Source: Eledone cirrhosa (lineage: Eukaryota). From it: 64,000 bases of DNA. A model generated the notes under the pieces. That model saw only the letters and a list, made by a program, of their open reading frames with translations, was not told the origin of the DNA and made no database searches. The translations under genes and the position numbers were made by a program. Where the stretch lies: contig OZ024744.1 in the NCBI GenBank assembly GCA_964016885.1, forward strand, positions 91,760,001 to 91,824,000. The letters are read 5' to 3'. This document shows positions 12,200 to 32,995 of this stretch, one piece after another (within the stretch, counting starts at the first letter, position 1; each line of letters begins with the position of its first letter).

Positions 12200-13197
12200 C
12201 TTGGAGTAATAATAGTTAAAGAATGAAGAGTAACATGGTTGGCTGTACAATAAGGGGCTTTATTTAAAGTACTGACACTTGTTTCGTTGATCAGGTGAGT
12301 CTAGAGTTCGCTAATCGCTTGAGGTTGCGTCACTCGATCTCCAATACATTATTTACCTCTGGTCAACACATCAGAGTACGTAGATATGAAAGTTATTCAC
12401 TCGAGGCAAGACATATATAGAAAAATAGTGTATAATCAAAACAATAACATCAATAATAAAACATGTATGGTAAATAGGTAGAGAAGTTACAGATGTAAAA
12501 AGTAAAAAGTAAAATATAAGATAGGGTAAATTTAAAAATAAGAAAATGAGAAAATATAAAGAAATAAATAAGTGAGAGCGTGTAAGTACATAGTAGCAGT
12601 TTTTGAGTAAGTGTTCTTCTAAGGATTCGTTGGTGGGTTTAGTGCTAACATGAGAAACCAGATTCGAGATTTACATAGATACATGTAGAGGGTTCGATAA
12701 AAGAAAAGACAATAAATTAGAGATTAATTGGTAGATACATGTATGATATTTATGGGCTAGGGATGACGGGACATTTGATAAACGCTTGTTGTAAATGTTT
12801 TGCTGATTATTCTATCTTAATGGGGTTGATGCTGTTTCAGGGAAAGAGGGTGAAAGAGATGTTCAGAGATTTATGATCCAGTGACCAGTTGGCCGTTTGA
12901 TAGCTAATAGCAGTGCGATGGTGTGTGTTCTATATGTTAAAATCTAGGTGGTTCAGTACTAATTTTGGGATTGCTGGTTCAAATCATGGAGGTTTGAAGT
13001 TTGTGAATCTAGTAGCTATTTCATGACTACAGAAAATTGATCTTTCTATTTTGCTGTTAAGCAGCATCCCATCATACCTTAAAATATGTAGTAGTTCTAA
13101 ATTACAAAGCCCGCAGTGGGACATTCTGCTGCTGTAGGCTTTTGCTACCGATAATTTTGACCAGCTAATCTTATATTCTAGGTTTTTGTCCTTAAGC

Positions 13198-13202
<5 letters not shown>
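12200..13202 (-). mobile_element. Penelope-like element 3' fragment: GIY-YIG C-terminus plus pseudo-LTR with hammerhead motif (duplicate at ~20786-21788)
   Basis: WQLKDKNLEYKISW...AKAYS...CGLCNLE...LLNSK.E...CSH aligns by eye with the end of ORF 37299-38321; hammerhead-like core at 12269-12379. Confidence 0.8.
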
Positions 13203-13263
<61 letters not shown>

Positions 13264-13584
13264 GCATAGGCCCATGCACACACTTATATGTGCACACACA
13301 CATATACACACACATGTATACACACTTCTCACTCACTTGCACAGACAGAAAGGCAAAGATGCACTCTCAAATGTTACAGATACATACATATATACACACT
13401 TACACGCATATGCACATACATAAATACGTATATACATACATAAATACATACATACACAGATATATATGTATATATGCATATACACACACATGCATATACA
13501 TATGATGGCTGCCCCCTCGTTATCGAGTATGGCCATTGCATGTAAAAAAAAACCCCATAGTAATAACAATAACGACAACAACAA

Positions 13585-13780
13585 TAATAATTGTTTCTAC
13601 TTTTGGCACAAGGCCAGCAATTACCCAGTGCATTACTGGTACTTTATTTTATCGACCCCGTTAGGATGAAAGGCAAAGTTAATCTCGGCGGGATTTGAAC
13701 TCAGAATGGCAAGGGCCGTAACTCTATGCGTCAAAGCATGGTCCCTGACCCTCTACCAATACTGCCAATCCACTGCCATC
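13585..13780 (-). mobile_element. Family A SINE (duplicate at ~22173-22368)
   Basis: Reverse complement of the family A consensus. Confidence 0.85.
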
Positions 13781-14708
13781 CCAGTGTAATAATAATAATA
13801 AAATATATATATATATACATACACACACACATACATATCTATATATACATATACACATACATGGGTACACAAGAGATGTAGTGGGATCTCAGGAAGCATA
13901 ACTAAGAATGTAGGCTTCACATGTAGCAGCTGTGCTGGGACAGCAAGCAGCAAACAGCCACAGGAAACAAGCACCACCAAACTCTGGGAGGGCTCTGTAG
14001 AAACAGTAGACAGCTTTTGCTACCTAGGTGACTGAATTAGCAGCAGAGGTGGGTGTTCGGAAAGTACAATAACTAGGGTAAGTGCGGGATAGAAGAAGTT
14101 TAGGGAGCTACTTCCTCTGCTAGCTGCAAAAGGCTTTTCCCTCAAAATGAAAGGCAGACTATATGATGCGTGTATACGAACAGCAATGTTACATGGTAGT
14201 GAGACCTGGGCGCTGTCTGTGGAAGACTTGCGTAGATTAGAAAGAAACGAAGCCTGCATGCTCCGATGGATGAGTAACAGTAATATATGTGAATGGCAAA
14301 GCATAAATGAATTGAGAGAGAGACTGAGCATAAGAGGAATCAAACGGTGTGTGCAGGAGAGGAGGTTGCATTGGTATGGACATGTGATGTGTATGAAGGA
14401 TGACAGCTGCATAAAAAGGTGCAGTCGATGGAAGACACGGCGTGGGGAGACCCAAGGAATCCTGGGATGAGGTCATAAAAGCCGACCTTACCCAATTGCA
14501 CCTCTCAAGGGCGACGACAGACGACTGTGACCTCTGGCGTCATGCAGTAATACAGAAGACCCGACCTCCCACGGGTACAAGCCGAAGCTGAAGCATATAG
14601 ACAATATCCCCCCCCCCCCCCACACACTGTAAAGTGGACGTGTAGGCGCCACGGCAAAAAAGGACCCAGCCCACACTGCAAAGTGAATGTGTAGGTGCCA
14701 CGGCAAAA

Positions 14709-23295
<8,587 letters not shown>

Positions 23296-23495
23296 CACCC
23301 ACCACTCACTGTAAATGAGGTTGGTGTTAGGAAGGGCATCCAGCTGTAGAAATCAAGCCAGAATCAGTTCCCGTATGAGCAAGACAAGGTCAACCGACTG
23401 GACACTGCCCACAACAGGACAACCCATCTAACCCATGTTAGCGTGGAAGAACGGATGTAAATTGGTGATAATGATGACATACATATATATAGCAA

Positions 23496-24382
23496 TTAAC
23501 AGCGCTGCGATCGAATGTGGCTTTTTAGCCCAGCCAATGATCTAAAATGTCTTGCACAGAGTCGGCAACCAAAACATTCACTGGGAATAGTCGGCTGTGG
23601 TTGGAGGTCGTGTACTTTTGCATGTCGCTTGAGCCCTCCTGCTGATTTACATTCTCTACCACATGCTTGACAGGTATGATGAGTAGCATCTCTAACAGCA
23701 GCCTGGTAGTCAACCACTGGTCTTACTTTATGACTGCGAAGATGACTTTCGAGTGCAGCTCTGCTGAGGCAGAGTCTCGCACAGACGCTGCATGTCAGCG
23801 CCATAGGAGAACCTTCGCTGTCTGGAAATGTAACAGCAATGTCCTTCCTTACACCCCTTTTTACTTCCTCGAATGCGATTCGTGATGCCTCAAAGGCAAC
23901 TTTCCTCTCATGTACAGTCTTTCTCTATTTATTACGATCAGCAGCAATATTCTCCCATGTATCAGCAGAGATGTTAGCGTCTTTCAAAGAGGCTTTCAAC
24001 GAATCCTTATACCTCTTTTTGGGTTTATGTGGCGGTCGTGTTCCTTTCACTAACACTCCATAAAAGAGTTGTTTTGGTATTCTAGAATCCTTCATCCTGG
24101 CAAGGTGACCACTCCATCGGAGTCTTTGCTTAAGCACAAGAGCTTCTATACTGTCGCACAGAGAGTTTTCCAAAGTCTTGACATCACTGATGTGGTCCCT
24201 CCAGGTCTTGCAGGCATAAAGAAGAGAAGAAAGCACACATGCCTTGTACACCTTTACCTTTGTCTTCTTGCATATGTCTCGCCAACCGCAGAGGTGCCTC
24301 TCTACCTTTCCGAAAACATCACTTGCTTTCCTAATCCTGAGTGGAATTTCATTATCAAGGTTGCTGTATCTATTGACAGTGC
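23496..24382 (-). mobile_element. RTE (BovB-like) LINE 3' fragment with three C2H2-type zinc fingers
   Basis: KVKVYKACVLSSLLYACKTW...RLRWSGHLARMKDSRIPKQLFYG.L..G.R...PKKRYKDSLKASLK then CSVC..H..H, CQAC..H..H and CRLC..H motifs; frameshifted. Confidence 0.85.
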
Positions 24383-24507
24383 ATCTGCATATGCATACAT
24401 ACTCATTCATACATACATACACACATACATTCATACATACACTCCACCACACACACCCATATATACATATGATGATGATGATGATGATGATGATATATGT
24501 ATTTATT

Positions 24508-24635
24508 TATTTAATATAGAAATGTCTTCTACAGGACTAGAACTGTTTCATTCGAAGGAAATCATCAAGCCTTCTTGATGATTTTCTTTGAATGAAACAG
24601 TTCTAGTCCTGTAGAAGCCATTTCTATATTAAATA
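24508..24635. repeat. 62-bp-arm palindrome of a hammerhead-like pseudo-LTR segment
   Basis: Arms 24508-24569 and 24574-24635 with a 4-nt spacer. Confidence 0.85.
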
Positions 24636-25045
24636 TTCATACTTGGCTATGTATTGAGTACCTTACTCACTATGGTTACCCCCGATAGAACCTGGGATAC
24701 ACACACATATATGTGTGTGTGTGTGTGTATTTCTGTATTATATATATGTGTATGTAAAAGGTAAACAGAAGTAACAACACAATCGGTACAGTATATGGAA
24801 GGTATATATTAGGTTAACGCTTGATATAGCAGGAAGAGGGTCTTAACGTTTTGGACGCTAGTCCTTCATCAAAAGAAAAGAATGAGAAATAAAATAGATT
24901 GAGGGGACGGGCAGGTTGGAATTGGAAAAAATGTCTTTAGATAAAAATAACAGGTCCAGTCATGTTGACATCTCTGGCAATGTATATATATATATATATA
25001 TATGTGTGTATATATATATATGTGTATATATATATATATATTTAT

Positions 25046-28000
25046 GTCAGGCCACTCTCGAGTGCTACTGGTAACATGTAACCCAGTACAACCTGCCACA
25101 TGGTCGGGTCGTCGGCGACTAAACCGGCAACCCCATTAAGTTTACTTAGTGAGGAGGGTGATTTTGGACATCCTGCAGGACAAAAACAAAACCTGAAAAA
25201 GGGCGGAAAAACTCATAAGAGTCAACGGTTATCAAAAAATTGTGTAAATATGTATATAGTGTATATAGTGTATATTTGGTAGCCTTAGTCGGCAATCTGT
25301 CTAGGAGAGGGACCACTATGATTACAAAGCCGGGGCGGACAGAGCTCTTTGGCCTTGATAGGCAATCTGTCAAACCAATACTGACTGGGTCAAACGACGA
25401 CATTGGTAAGCAGGATGTCGGATCAGTAGATAAGGCAATGATCAAGTAACTGTGAATTTGGTTCATACTACTAGTGGCAAGGCGATCATATCAACTATTG
25501 TTGGATGTTTCGGTGAGACACAACCGCTCTAATACAGAGTACTGCTTTCACTTGTATGGAGTAGCGACCACAAGTGTATATCCAGCTATTGAAAGCTAAA
25601 TATGACACAAATCCTTCGATGTTCATCCCGCAGCGCTCGTCGCGTGGTTAAACAAGGACCGCGTCCTGCAACGGATTCCCAGATTGCAGTCGAAAAATCA
25701 GATACTGGGAAACATACACGGAGAAAAGAACCAACCCGACTTGTACAGGGAAAGAAAGACATCTTTGCTGGTACACTCAATGTTCAAACACTCCAGAAAG
25801 ACCATAAAATCCCTGAACTGATTGCTTCAGCAGGGGCGACCAACCATGATGTTATCTGTCTTCAGGAGCACCGGTTCATACATGAAGAGCTTGTAACAAA
25901 GGAGCAAATATTTGGCAATTGGAGGCTGATAACTTGCTCAGCTTGGAAAAACAACATGAATGCAGCAAATGGTGGAGTTGGACTGCTTTTCAGCCCGCGA
26001 GCCTATGACGCACTTGCGAGTGTTGAAATGATAACATCAAGGATAATGATAGCTACGTTTAACGGGAATCCTGAAACCACTGTCATCTCTTGCTATAGTC
26101 CAACAAATGTATGTGACATGGCCGAAGTAGAGAGGTTTTACATGGAACTAACATCACTCACTAGACAAATCCCGAAACATAATGTTCTCATCATTGGCGG
26201 AGACTTCAACGCGCGTCTTGGACAGCTTGATGGATTCAAATTCTCATACCACTCACAAACCAATAGAAACGGTTGTATGCTAAAAGATTACTTCTGTGAG
26301 AACAATTTACGATGTCTCAACGCCATACTCCAAAAAAGACCAGGCCAGCGGTGGACACACAAATCTCCAAATGGCGACAAGACACAACTGGATTATATTA
26401 TAATCAATCGAAAATGGAAGAACAGCGCAAAAAACTGCAGAGCATATGACTCGGATCATCGCATAGTGTTGACTCGGATCATCGCATAGTCTCGGCCAAG
26501 ATACGATTAAGTCTCCGAGTGGATAAAAAGAAATCTGCAAATGCTACTCCTTACAACTGGGCAGTTCTGAATACCAATCCTGAGACTTACAAAACCTTTG
26601 TAACCCAACTGAGCAACCGATTTGCTGCCCTACAAGACTCTGCACCAGCAAAATCGTCAAATTCTACATTTAACCACTTTCAAATGGCATTCAAAGAGGC
26701 AGCAGCCGACACCATCCCTTTAAAACCCAAGGTTAAAAAACGAAAACCCTGGGAAACAGAGAGGATACGCCAAAAGTGCAAAGGGTTGCGAAAAGCTGCA
26801 GAATTGAAAGACACTCAGCGATCTCCAGAAAACATTAGTAACTTCAATGCTGCTTGTACAGCACTGAAAAGTGAGTATGAAATTGAGCAAGCTGAACACA
26901 TGCAGAGAAAGATCAATCATATCTCGAGTACTGTCAGCAATAAGAGGTCTGCTGAAGTCTGGAAAACTGTCAATGAAATTAGTGGCAGAAAAAGTAGTGA
27001 CAGAGCCAAACTGAAAGCCTCCAGCCAAGACGAACGTTTAAAACTGTGGCAACAACATTTTCAGAACCTACTTGTCAAAGCACCACAGATCATCGAAGAA
27101 GAAATAATACCCGTTTTTACAGAGGAACACCAAATACAGAAAGGTCCTTTCACTATGGAGGAACTACAGAAGGCAGTGAAAATTATTGGTAACGGAAAAG
27201 CGTGCGGACTCGACGAGATCGCAGCTGAAGTGTGGAAGGTACCTGAATTTCACCCAATCCTACTAGAATTGTGTAATGGTGTCTATAATCAAGACCCCAT
27301 AGAGAAATAGACTGAGGGATGCATACTCCCTTTTCCAAAAAAGGGCGATCTTGGAATGGCTAAAAACTACCGTGGCATAACACTAATGGCAATTGCTGCA
27401 AAGATATACATTTATATATGTTGCTTAACAGAATAAGACCTGTCATTGACCCCTTGTTGAGGAAAAACCAAAATGGCTTCCGCACCAACAGATCAACATC
27501 AGGGCAAATACTTACTATTCGGCGTATCTTGGAAGGCGTAAAAGCCAAAAACCTCCCCTCCCAGCAACTCTCCTGTTTATTGACTTTTCAAAAGCATTCG
27601 ATTCCATCCATCGTGGGAGGATGAGAGAGAGATACTTCTAGCCTACGGCTTGCCAAAGGAAACAGTAAATACTATCATGATGTTATATAAAAACACCCGC
27701 GCAATGGTGCGCTCACCTGATGGAGATACCAACTTCTTTGACATCATTGCAGGAGTGCTCCAGGGGGATACTCTTGCACCATATATTTTTATCATCTGCC
27801 TCGACTATGTATTGAGAAAAGCCCTGGACGAAAACTTAGAGCTTGGTTTCACTCTCACAAAGCGAAAGTGTAGACGCCATGCAGCTCAGAAAATCACCGA
27901 TGCTGACTATGCGGATGATTTAGCAGTCCTCGCTGACTACCTTAAGGATGCAACATCACTACTTCACAGCATCGAATCAGTTGCAGAGGAAATCGGACTC

Positions 28001-28657
28001 TATGTCAACACAGGCAAAACAGAATATATTTGCCTGAACCAAGACTCCTCAGTTGGTATGCGAAGTCTAAACGGCGATATAATCAAGCAAGTTGACGACT
28101 TCAAATACTTGGGTAGCTATATCGCCTCCACAGAACATGATGTTAACATCAGACTGGGAAAAGCCTGGGGAGCATTGAATGCAATGGAAAAGATATGGAA
28201 ATCAAACCTGCCGGCCAAACTGAAAAGGAATTTCTTCAGAGCTGCTGTGGAATCTGTGCTCGTTTATGGCTCTATCACTTGGATGCTAACGTCAAAACTG
28301 GAGAAAAAGCTAGACGGGGCATACACACGTATGCTCCGTGCTGCATTAAACGTGTCTTGGAGAGAACACCCAACAAATAAGGATCTCTATGGCAATATAC
28401 CACCTATCAGCAGGTCAATACGTGGACAGAGACTCAGATTTGCTGGCCACTGTTGGTGCAGCAAGGAAGAAATAGCAGGTGATGTGTTGTTATGGAGTCC
28501 ATCTCATGGAGCAAGAAACGCTGGTCGTCCCGAGAAGACATACATCAAGCAACTTGAGGACGATACTGGATGCACTGCGGAAGAACTGGCAAATGCTATG
28601 AGAGACAGAGATGGATGGAGGAAACGTGTCATAGAAGGCCGATCAACCTCGACCTGA
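25046..28657 (+). mobile_element. Near full-length RTE-clade LINE (5' leader + APE endonuclease + RT), disrupted
   Basis: APE motifs GTLNVQTL, ICLQEH, GGDFNA, LDYII, SDHRIV; RT motifs NQNGFR, GVLQGDTLAPY, DYADDL, FKYLGS; split by frameshifts and a stop into ORFs 25602, 26519, 27418 and 27650; flanked by (TA)n. Confidence 0.95.
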
Positions 28658-28664
28658 TGTATAT

Positions 28665-28774
<110 letters not shown>

Positions 28775-28791
28775 ATATATATATATATGTG

Positions 28792-28838
<47 letters not shown>

Positions 28839-28854
28839 ATATATATATGTATAT

Positions 28855-29324
28855 GGAGGCATATGGCTTAGTGGTTAGAACATTGGCCTTGCAATTGAAA
28901 GGTTGTGAGTTCAATTCTCAGACCGGGTGATAGGTTGTTTCCTTGAGCAAGACACTTTATTTCACATTGCTCCAGTTTACTCAGCTGTAGAAATGAGATG
29001 ATAGGACTGGGGTCCCTATCATTCCACTGCAAAGTGCACGTGTAGGCGCCACGGCGAAAAAGCACCCAGCCCACACTGTAAATGACGTTGGTGTTAGGAA
29101 GGGCATCCTGGGTGCTTTTTTTGCCGTGGCACCTCCACGACCACTTTGCAGTGGAATGATAGGGACCCCAGTCCCTATCAGCTCATTTCTACAGCTGAGT
29201 AAACTGGAGCAACGTGAAATAAAGTGTCTTGCTCAAGGAAACAACACATCACCCGGTCTGAGAATTGAACTCACAACCTTTCGATTGCAAGGCCAATGCA
29301 TTAACCACTAAGCCATGTGCCTCC
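28855..29324. mobile_element. Two family B SINEs fused tail-to-tail (28855-29108 +, 29108-29324 -)
   Basis: tRNA heads at both outer ends; shared bodies in inverted orientation. Confidence 0.85.
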
Positions 29325-29524
29325 ATATATATATAAATATATTATCATCATCATCATCATCATCATCATTATCATCACTATTTAATGTCCATGTTTCCAT
29401 ACTGGGATGGATTTTGGTTTGGTTTCTACAGCTGGTTGTCCTTCCTAACACCAATCTCATTTACAGTCAGGACAATAGCCATGTAGCACTTTTGGAGGTG
29501 CCGGGTATTGAACCCAGGGCCTTT

Positions 29525-29560
<36 letters not shown>

Positions 29561-29599
29561 CACATACACACATACATATATATATATATAATCATATTC

Positions 29600-29930
29600 A
29601 TCATTTTTTTGCATACACTTTTCCACACTTGCATGGGTTGGACAGGTCCTTCTCAGCATGGCATTTCTCCACACAGCATTTCTCCAAATGTCGCGATCCT
29701 TTGTCATTATCTCTGGGCATCTCAGTGATTTGAGGTCAGCTCTCACATCCTCTGCCCAGGTCTTTCTTGGTCTACCTCTATCGCAACTTCCTTCCATCGG
29801 CGTTTCCTGGCACTTCTTCACCCAACGATCACTGTCCATGTGCATCACATGTCCATCCAAACCAACAGTCTTCTCTCTTGCACTCTACCTCGAATTGCTC
29901 TTAAACCCAGCTTCTCCTTCAACTCATAAA
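29600..29930 (-). mobile_element. RTE LINE 3' fragment
   Basis: GHVMHMDSDRWVKKCQETPMEGSCDRGRPRKTWAEDVRADL. Confidence 0.8.
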
Positions 29931-30209
29931 TAAATATGTATCTACATATATACATATATATATATGTATTATATATATTGTTATACTTTGGGAGGGTCAT
30001 GCTGCCAATAAAAACACATGCACCAGTTGAATTTCACTTCAATTTATTATAAACTCCCAGTCGGTTAATTTAATAATCCAAAGGTTGTTTAGTTGTTGAT
30101 TGTCAAAGCACTTTCATCACACATACTGTGACCTCCTTAGTGATTACTTTTGTGTCTCTCCTTTGTTCTGTCTTCCATATATATATATATATATGTGTGT
30201 GTGTGTATA

Positions 30210-30248
<39 letters not shown>

Positions 30249-30717
30249 GTAAGAGGAAAAGGATCAGGACCTTTTCCTATTACCCACTCTACTCTTCTAC
30301 CATAAGTATCGAGTTATCTGGTGGTTTATGGTCCACCTGGTTCCTTACCGCGCTTTGTTATACATATATATATATATATATATGAATCATCATCATTGTT
30401 TTGACATCTGCTTTCCCTGCTATATATATATTATTTATTTATGTTCAAACACTTAACAAAAAGTGATACCTAAGGTTTCAAGGTCCAATTATGACCATCT
30501 CCCCAGATTGTGCATGATGGTGTAGAATAGAAGAGTGATCAAATTTATGACCTAGTCATCAGGCAATTTGACAAGTTTAAAGGTACCATTACAAAACACT
30601 TAGCAAGAAGTTGGCTTTGAGATGTAGACAACCTTTAAAAATTTGTTCTTATAGTTGAAATAATTATTGTAAGATCCTAAATTTTTCACTGAGGCAGAGA
30701 CATACATACATCTATAC

Positions 30718-31303
30718 ATGGTGGCTGCCAACTCGTTTTCGAGTACGACCACTACTTTATACCCATGTAGGAGAACTCCTACCGATGCGCTGAACAAGTG
30801 GTACAAACTCTGGTACAAACACTACACTTGTGACAATTATTGACACATAGTGCTGGGCCCATGGTACCATGTGACGACAAGTGCAGAGAGATCTCCAGAT
30901 ATAAAGCAATGCCTGTGCCGTGAAGCTTTTATAGTGAGCAAAGGCACTGCACAAAGCCAGTCCCACTCTCTTGACCAAGATGATATTTACCAAAAAGAAG
31001 AACAAGTCAACATCATTGGATACCATCAGAGTTGCAGGTGTTATATCAGAGTTTTCCTTCTCCTAGAATTATGCCTTGACAAAGGCTAAGGGGTCATCTC
31101 TCCCGGTGATTTTGGATGGCCATTGACTCTTAAGAGCTCCTTTGCCCTTTGACAGGTTTTGTTTTTAGTCCTGCAGGATGTCCAAAGTCACCCTCCTCAC
31201 CAAGAAACCTTGGTGGGGTTGCCAGTTTAGTCGCCAACGACCCGACCATGAGACAGGTTGTACTGGGATACATGTTACCAGTAGCACCAACTGGTGACCT
31301 AAC
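30718..31303 (-). mobile_element. Non-autonomous bipartite RTE derivative (5' leader fused to the RTE 3' terminus)
   Basis: 5' ~180 nt align with the 25046-25228 leader; 3' end gtggtcgtactcgaaaacgagttggcagccaccat resembles the RTE terminus at 31379-31415(-) and 13502-13538(-); no RT coding sequence in between. Confidence 0.7.
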
Positions 31304-31378
31304 ATAGCATATATACATACATATATACATACATACATACACACTTACACATACATACTTACACACATACTTACATAT

Positions 31379-31750
31379 ATGATGGCTGCCTCTTTGTTAT
31401 CGAGTATGGCCATTGCACAATAAGCCCCCCCCCACCCCCCACCCCCATATATATTGATAATCAATGGTGCTGTTATCGAATGTGGCTTTTTAGCCCAGCC
31501 AATGATCTAAAATGTCTTGCACAGAGCTGGCAACCATGATAAAAACATTCACTGGAAATAGCCAGTTGATGTTGGACTTCATGTACTTTTGCATGTCATT
31601 TGAGCCCTCCTGCTGATCTACACTCTCTTCCACATGCTTGACAGGTATGATGAGTAGCTTCTCTGACAGCAGCCTGGTATTGAACAACTGGTCTCACTCC
31701 ATGACTGAGAAGATGACTTTTGAGTCCAGCTCTGCTGAAGCAGAGTCTCA
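31379..31750 (-). mobile_element. RTE 3' end (zinc-finger region plus terminus), second copy
   Basis: 31460-31750 is colinear with 23495-23780; terminus atggccatactcgataacaaagaggcagccatcat. Confidence 0.8.
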
Positions 31751-31761
31751 CACATACATAT

Positions 31762-32995
31762 AATAAAAATAATAATAATAAATATTATGTACAGTGCTCA
31801 GGTGCACTACAATTCATGTATATAGTACAAATGTCAGGAAAGTGAACAGTGTATGAGTCATGATATACACACAGACACACAAACACATTACATGCGTGTG
31901 TACGGAGGAGGAATATCAGGTGTACCGTTGGTGAATTTTGAGAAGCATGGAAGTTTTAAAGGATGCAATGTCTCGACAGCTAACAACTGATGCAGGCAGT
32001 TTGTTCCATGCGTCAGCAACTCTGAGCGTGAAAAAATGTTTCTGAAAGTCATGGGAGCTGTACTGTTTTCTGATTTTGTAAGCATGTCCACAGGTGTTAG
32101 ACACATGGAATTCAAAAAGGTGCTCAGGGCTGTTGTTAGCGAGATGGTTAATAACTTTGTGGGTGTTTACTAAGTCAGTTGCCAGATGTGGGAGCTTCAA
32201 TGTATCCATGCTCAGGGAGGCAAGACGTTCAGAGTATGGTAGGTGTCTGATGGAGGGTATTCGTTTAGTTGCACGTCTCTGAACAGTTTCCAGGAGGTCA
32301 ATGTTCTGAGCAAGATAAGGGTTCCAGACTGGTGATGCAAATTCTAAGTGTAGGCACACCATAGCTATATATAGCTTTAAATAGATAGCTGGAGAGCAGC
32401 TGACAAAGGTCTTGCTGAGTGATGTTAAGACACCCTCGGCTTTCTTGACAATTTTAGAGACGTACTTTGTCCAACACAAATCGCTGCTGACCGTAATGCC
32501 CAGGTCACGTTCACAAGAAGACTCCTTGATATTAGTGTTGTGGAGGGAGTATATGGACGCTGGGTTTTTACTCCCAAAATGCATGGTGGTACACTTGTCC
32601 ACAGCTAGCTTCAGTTGCCAGTCTGTGATCCATTGCTGCATTGTGTCCAGGTCTGATTGCAGGAAAGATCTATAGTGTTCAGGATCTATCCTTTTTATCT
32701 CAAGGTACAGCTTGATGTCATCTGCATATTTCAGCACTGTGGCATTCTTTAAGTTGGCATCTATATCATTAATATATGCAACAAGCAAAAGGGAACCAAG
32801 AACAGATCCCTGTGACACAACAGATGTCATCTCGTTGGTGAAGAATGCTGTCTTAGAACTGTGACTACCTCTTTTCGACTGAGAATGAAGGACTTCAACC
32901 AGTTAAAAAGATCATCCCTCACACCCATTGCAGAGAGTGTTGCCATAAGTCATTTGTGTGGCATAGAATTAAAAGCTTCAGAAAAGTCAAAATAT
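31762..32995 (-). mobile_element. CR1-like LINE 3' fragment (RT C-terminal half)
   Basis: YFDFSEAFNSMPHK, QGSVLGSLL, KYADDIKL, ERDLGITVSSDL, HLEFASPVWNPY, LETVQRRATK, FFTLRVADAWNKLP; (TTA)n-like tail. Confidence 0.88.

Larger units (their letters stand above)
6345..14708. repeat. Tandem segmental duplication, copy 1 (~8.36 kb)
   Basis: Identical or near-identical ORF translations recur at offsets 8364 (6625 vs 14989) and 8586-8588 (12984 vs 21570; 14147 vs 22735). Confidence 0.93.

Noticed and set aside
23496-23804. Host C2H2 zinc-finger gene
   Set aside because: Directly continues RTE coding sequence, lacks TGEKP linkers and recurs with an RTE terminus at 31.4-31.7 kb
25046-25160. HDV-like or twister ribozyme assignment for the RTE leader
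   Set aside because: I could not build the nested HDV pseudoknot or find the twister core by eye; kept only as an unassigned structured leader
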